NCBI GenBank assembly: GCA_964438115.1
Contig: CAYTJS010000001.1
Location: 1 to 35,564, forward strand
Length of the DNA stretch: 35,564 nucleotides
Direction: 5' to 3'
Source of the DNA: an uncultured Iamiaceae bacterium
GTDB lineage: Bacteria > Actinomycetota > Acidimicrobiia > Acidimicrobiales > DATDAH01
In this document: piece after piece, positions 32,993-35,564 of the stretch
How the letters are laid out: every line of letters begins with the position of its first letter
How positions within the stretch are numbered: the first letter of the stretch is position 1
Translations under genes and position numbers: made by a program
Notes under the pieces: generated by a model
What the model saw: the letters and a program-made list of their open reading frames with translations, nothing else
The model's database searches: none
What the model was told of the DNA's origin: nothing

Positions 32993-33979
32993 GTGACGCG
33001 GTTCGAGGAGAGCACGATCACCTTCCCCTACACGCGCTCGTTGGGGCCGGTGATCGGCACGTTCATGAACGCCCTGACCGAGCGACGCCTCGTGGGCATC
33101 CGCAACGGGGACCAGGTGCTGGTGCCGCCACTGGAGTGGGACCCGGCCACCGGCGCCGAGCTGGCCCCCGACTTCGTGGAGGTCGGCCCGGCGGGCACGG
33201 TGACCTCCTGGACCTGGGTCCCCGAGCCGTCCGAGCAGCACCCGCTCGGTCACCCGTTCGCCTTCGCCTTCGTGCTCATCGACGGGGCGTCCACTCCGCT
33301 GCTGCACGCCGTCGACGCCGGCGACCCCTCGGCCATGGCCGACGGGCTACGGGTCGCCCCCCGGTGGAAGGGCACCCGGGTCGGCCGCCTCGACGACCTG
33401 GCCTGCTTCGTCCCCGGCGAGACCCCCGAGATGGAGGGCGAGGAGGCCACCGACCTGGAGGGGCCGGTCGAGATGATGGACTACCTGGCCCGCATCACCT
33501 ACCGGAACCCGGTGCCCGAGGCCAGCGACCGGGCGGTGGCCGCCTCCCGCGAGCAACGCATCCTCGGCCTGCGCTGCCCGGCCTGCGAGCGGGTCTACGC
33601 CGGCGGCCGGGGCCTGTGCCCCATCGACAGCGTGCAGTTGGGCCCCGACGACGAGGTCGACCTGCCCGACACCGGGACCATCACCAACTTCACGATCGTG
33701 ACCCCGGTCCAATACCCGGGCCAGACCGAGACCGAGCCCTTCGTCCGGGCCTTCGTCCTCCTCGACGACACCGAGGTCGTGCTCGGCTACCAGCCGGTCA
33801 TCGAACTGGCCGCCGCCGACGTGCGGGTCGGCCAGCGGGTGTCGGCGGTCTGGGCCTCCCCCGCCGAGGAGACCGACGCCTCCGGCGGCATGGGCGGCAC
33901 CTGGGGCAGCCTGCTGGGCTGGATGCCCAACGGCGAGCCCGACGTCGACGACCCCGACCTCGTGAACCGGATCTTCTGA
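32993..33979 (+). CDS. Tandem DUF35 OB-fold / Zn-ribbon protein (thiolase-associated)
   Basis: 328 aa from GTG 32993. There are two DUF35-like halves. The second has a rubredoxin-like Zn ribbon (CPACERVYAGGRGLCPIDS) and an OB-fold (GTITNFTIV...VRVGQRV). Its stop overlaps the next ATG (TGATG). Confidence 0.8.
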   Translation: MTRFEESTITFPYTRSLGPVIGTFMNALTERRLVGIRNGDQVLVPPLEWDPATGAELAPDFVEVGPAGTVTSWTWVPEPSEQHPLGHPFAFAFVLIDGASTPLLHAVDAGDPSAMADGLRVAPRWKGTRVGRLDDLACFVPGETPEMEGEEATDLEGPVEMMDYLARITYRNPVPEASDRAVAASREQRILGLRCPACERVYAGGRGLCPIDSVQLGPDDEVDLPDTGTITNFTIVTPVQYPGQTETEPFVRAFVLLDDTEVVLGYQPVIELAAADVRVGQRVSAVWASPAEETDASGGMGGTWGSLLGWMPNGEPDVDDPDLVNRIF

Positions 33980-35010
33980 TGAGCACCTTCACCCCACCCG
34001 AGGTGGCCGTGGTCGGCTGGGCCACCACCCCCCTCGTCCGCCAGACCGACCGCTCCGAGACCCAGCTCCTCCTCTCGGCCATCACCGACGCCCTCGACCC
34101 GCTGGGGCTGACCCGGGCCGACGTCGACTTCACCTGCCTCGGCAGCTGTGACTACATCACCGGGCAGGCGTTCTCGTTCGTGGTCAACCTGGACGCCATC
34201 GGCGCCTGGCCCCCGAAGCGGGACTCCCACGTCGAGATGGACGGGGCCTGGGCCCTCTACGAGGCGTGGCTGCGCCTGCAGGAGGGCGACATCGAGATCG
34301 CCGTGGTCACCGGCTCGGGGCGCTCGTCCACCGGGGACCCGACGCTCATCTACCCGATGGAGATGGACCCCTTCTACCTGGCGCCCCTCGGTGCCGACCC
34401 GCTCACCTTCGCCGCCCTCCAGGCCCGGGCCGTGATCGCCGCCGGCATCGCCGACGAGCGGTCGATGGCCGAGGTGGCCGTGCGCTCGCGGGGCGAGGGC
34501 GAGGTCGACTCGCTCCTGCAGGAGGAGTACCTGCGGGCGCCCCTGCGGGCCCACGACGTCCCACCGATCACCGACGGGGCCGCGGCCATGGTGCTGGCCC
34601 GGGGCGACCGGGCCCGCGAGCTGGTCGACCGGCCCGCCTACATCTCCGGCTTCGACCACCGCACCGAGTGCCACAACCCGTCGTTCCGGGCCCTCGACGA
34701 CTCGCCGTCCACCCGCATCGCCGCCGAGGCGGCCGGGCTGGGCGACGGCCCGGTGGAGGTGGCCGAGCTCCAGGCCGCCTTCACCCACGAAGAGCTGCTG
34801 CTGCGGTCGGTGCTGGGCCTGGGCGACGACGTGGTGGTCAACGCCTCGGGCGGGGCGCTGAAGGAGAACCCGATCATGGCCACGGGCCTGTGCCGGGTCG
34901 GCCACGCCGCCGACCACGTGTTCGGTGGCGGGTCGCGGGCGTTGGCCCACGCCACCAGCGGGCCGTGCCTGCAGCAGAACCTCGTCTGCATCCTGGAGGA
35001 GGGCGCATGA
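33979..35010 (+). CDS. Thiolase-like (SCP-x/lipid-transfer-protein type) protein, short form
   Basis: 343 aa. It has a thiolase-like C-terminal block (VVVNASGGALKENPIMATGLCRVGHAADHV...GPCLQQNLVCIL). It is coupled on both sides by start/stop overlaps. Confidence 0.8.
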   Translation: MSTFTPPEVAVVGWATTPLVRQTDRSETQLLLSAITDALDPLGLTRADVDFTCLGSCDYITGQAFSFVVNLDAIGAWPPKRDSHVEMDGAWALYEAWLRLQEGDIEIAVVTGSGRSSTGDPTLIYPMEMDPFYLAPLGADPLTFAALQARAVIAAGIADERSMAEVAVRSRGEGEVDSLLQEEYLRAPLRAHDVPPITDGAAAMVLARGDRARELVDRPAYISGFDHRTECHNPSFRALDDSPSTRIAAEAAGLGDGPVEVAELQAAFTHEELLLRSVLGLGDDVVVNASGGALKENPIMATGLCRVGHAADHVFGGGSRALAHATSGPCLQQNLVCILEEGA

Positions 35011-35564
35011 TCCCCGCCGCGGTCGTCGGCGTCGGCCAGACCCACCACAAGTCGCGCCGCCACGACGTGTCGCTGGCCGGCCTGGTGCGCGAGGCCGTGT
35101 TCCGCGCCCTCGACGACGCCCACCTCACCATGGCCGAGGTCGACGCGGTCGTGCTCGGCAAGGCGCCCGACCTCTTCGAGGGCGTGATGAAGCCCGAGCT
35201 GTACCTCTCCGACGCGCTCGGGGCGGTGGGCAAGCCCATGTTCCGGGTGCACACCGCCGGGTCGGTGGGCGGCACCACCGCCATCGTGGCCGCCAGCCAC
35301 GTGCAGGCCGGCAAGCACAAGACCGTGCTGGCCGTGGCCTTCGAGAAGCAGTCCGAGGGCAACGCCCAGTTCGCCCTCGGCTCGGGCAAGGGCGCCTCGC
35401 TCGGCGCCGGCGGCGCCTTCGCGCCGTTCATCCGCGCCTACATCCAGCGCAGCGGCGCCCCCGAGCACATCGGGTGGAAGGTGGCGGTGAAGGACCGCCT
35501 CAACGCCCTGAAGAACCCCTACGCCCACCTCAAGATCGAGGACATCTCCATCGAGAAGGTGAAG
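35007..35564 (+). CDS. Thiolase-like protein, 5' part; runs off the right edge
   Basis: Not in the ORF track because there is no stop in the window. My translation from ATG 35007 reads MIPAAVVGVGQTHHKSRRHDVSLAGLVREAVFRALDDAHLTMAEVDAVVLGKAPDLFEG...FRVHTAGSVGGTTAIVAASHVQAGKHKTVLAVAFEKQSEG. This is a thiolase N-terminal domain pattern. The ATGA overlaps the previous gene. Confidence 0.8.
   Translation, partial: MIPAAVVGVGQTHHKSRRHDVSLAGLVREAVFRALDDAHLTMAEVDAVVLGKAPDLFEGVMKPELYLSDALGAVGKPMFRVHTAGSVGGTTAIVAASHVQAGKHKTVLAVAFEKQSEGNAQFALGSGKGASLGAGGAFAPFIRAYIQRSGAPEHIGWKVAVKDRLNALKNPYAHLKIEDISIEKVK

Noticed and set aside
1-35564. A search for rRNA, tRNA, CRISPR arrays, transposases, integrases, phage genes, toxin-antitoxin pairs and known defence systems.
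   Set aside because: I found none by eye. There are no cloverleaf-like or rRNA-like AT-balanced stretches, no regularly spaced direct repeats, and no ORFs with the relevant motifs. Small ncRNAs cannot be excluded without covariance-model searches.

Overview
This is a 35.6 kb, very GC-rich (about 70% or more by eye) actinobacterial-type chromosomal segment. I call about 38 protein genes and one decayed pseudogene. I see no rRNA, tRNA, CRISPR array, transposase or integrase. Most long ORFs in the track are antisense or out-of-frame artefacts of the high GC content. I chose real genes by recognisable family motifs, GC3-rich codon usage and start/stop coupling. Many neighbouring genes overlap by 4 nt (ATGA/GTGA), and several plus-strand genes have a TANNNT hexamer 5-8 nt upstream of the start codon, which suggests leaderless mRNAs.

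Gene content, left to right:
1. 1-6.7 kb: a divergent TetR fragment and MFS exporter, then a redox block (OYE flavin reductase, two LLM oxidoreductases, a KstD-like FAD dehydrogenase) and a DUF1269 protein.
2. 6.7-8.8 kb: a decayed SDR/DUF2867 pseudogene, pirin, DUF454 and a small membrane protein.
3. 8.9-14.0 kb: an ABC-F ATPase, a GerMN/Gmad2 lipoprotein, an ABC-2 exporter pair and an SDR.
4. 14.0-19.3 kb: kdpE-kdpD, divergent from a KimA-like APC-superfamily K+ transporter. No kdpFABC is present in the window.
5. 19.2-22.0 kb: an alpha/beta hydrolase and a secreted Zn-phospholipase-C-like protein with Ig/CARDB-like domains, apparently split by a frameshift.
6. 22.0-24.9 kb: tdk, a Cys/His-bearing receiver-like ORF bracketed by two copies of a roughly 45-nt hairpin element, and a ThDP enzyme.
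7. 24.9-32.5 kb: a metal block. It holds copZ, a 55-aa membrane ORF, copA and csoR behind a CsoR-type operator; a perfect 20-bp-arm inverted repeat; a P2-type ATPase coupled to a DUF445 protein; a SnoaL-like protein; and a 58-aa six-Cys ORF whose start is covered by a second CsoR-type box with a third box 38 bp upstream.
8. 32.5-35.6 kb: a VOC/glyoxalase, a tandem DUF35 protein and two thiolase-like genes, the last one partial.

The best candidates for undescribed biology are two. First, KdpDE appears rewired to a KimA-type transporter, with an 11-bp-phased direct repeat in the shared promoter region. Second, a CsoR-box-flanked small cysteine-rich ORF looks like a new member of the copper regulon. 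All family assignments rest on motif recognition from memory, not on database searches.
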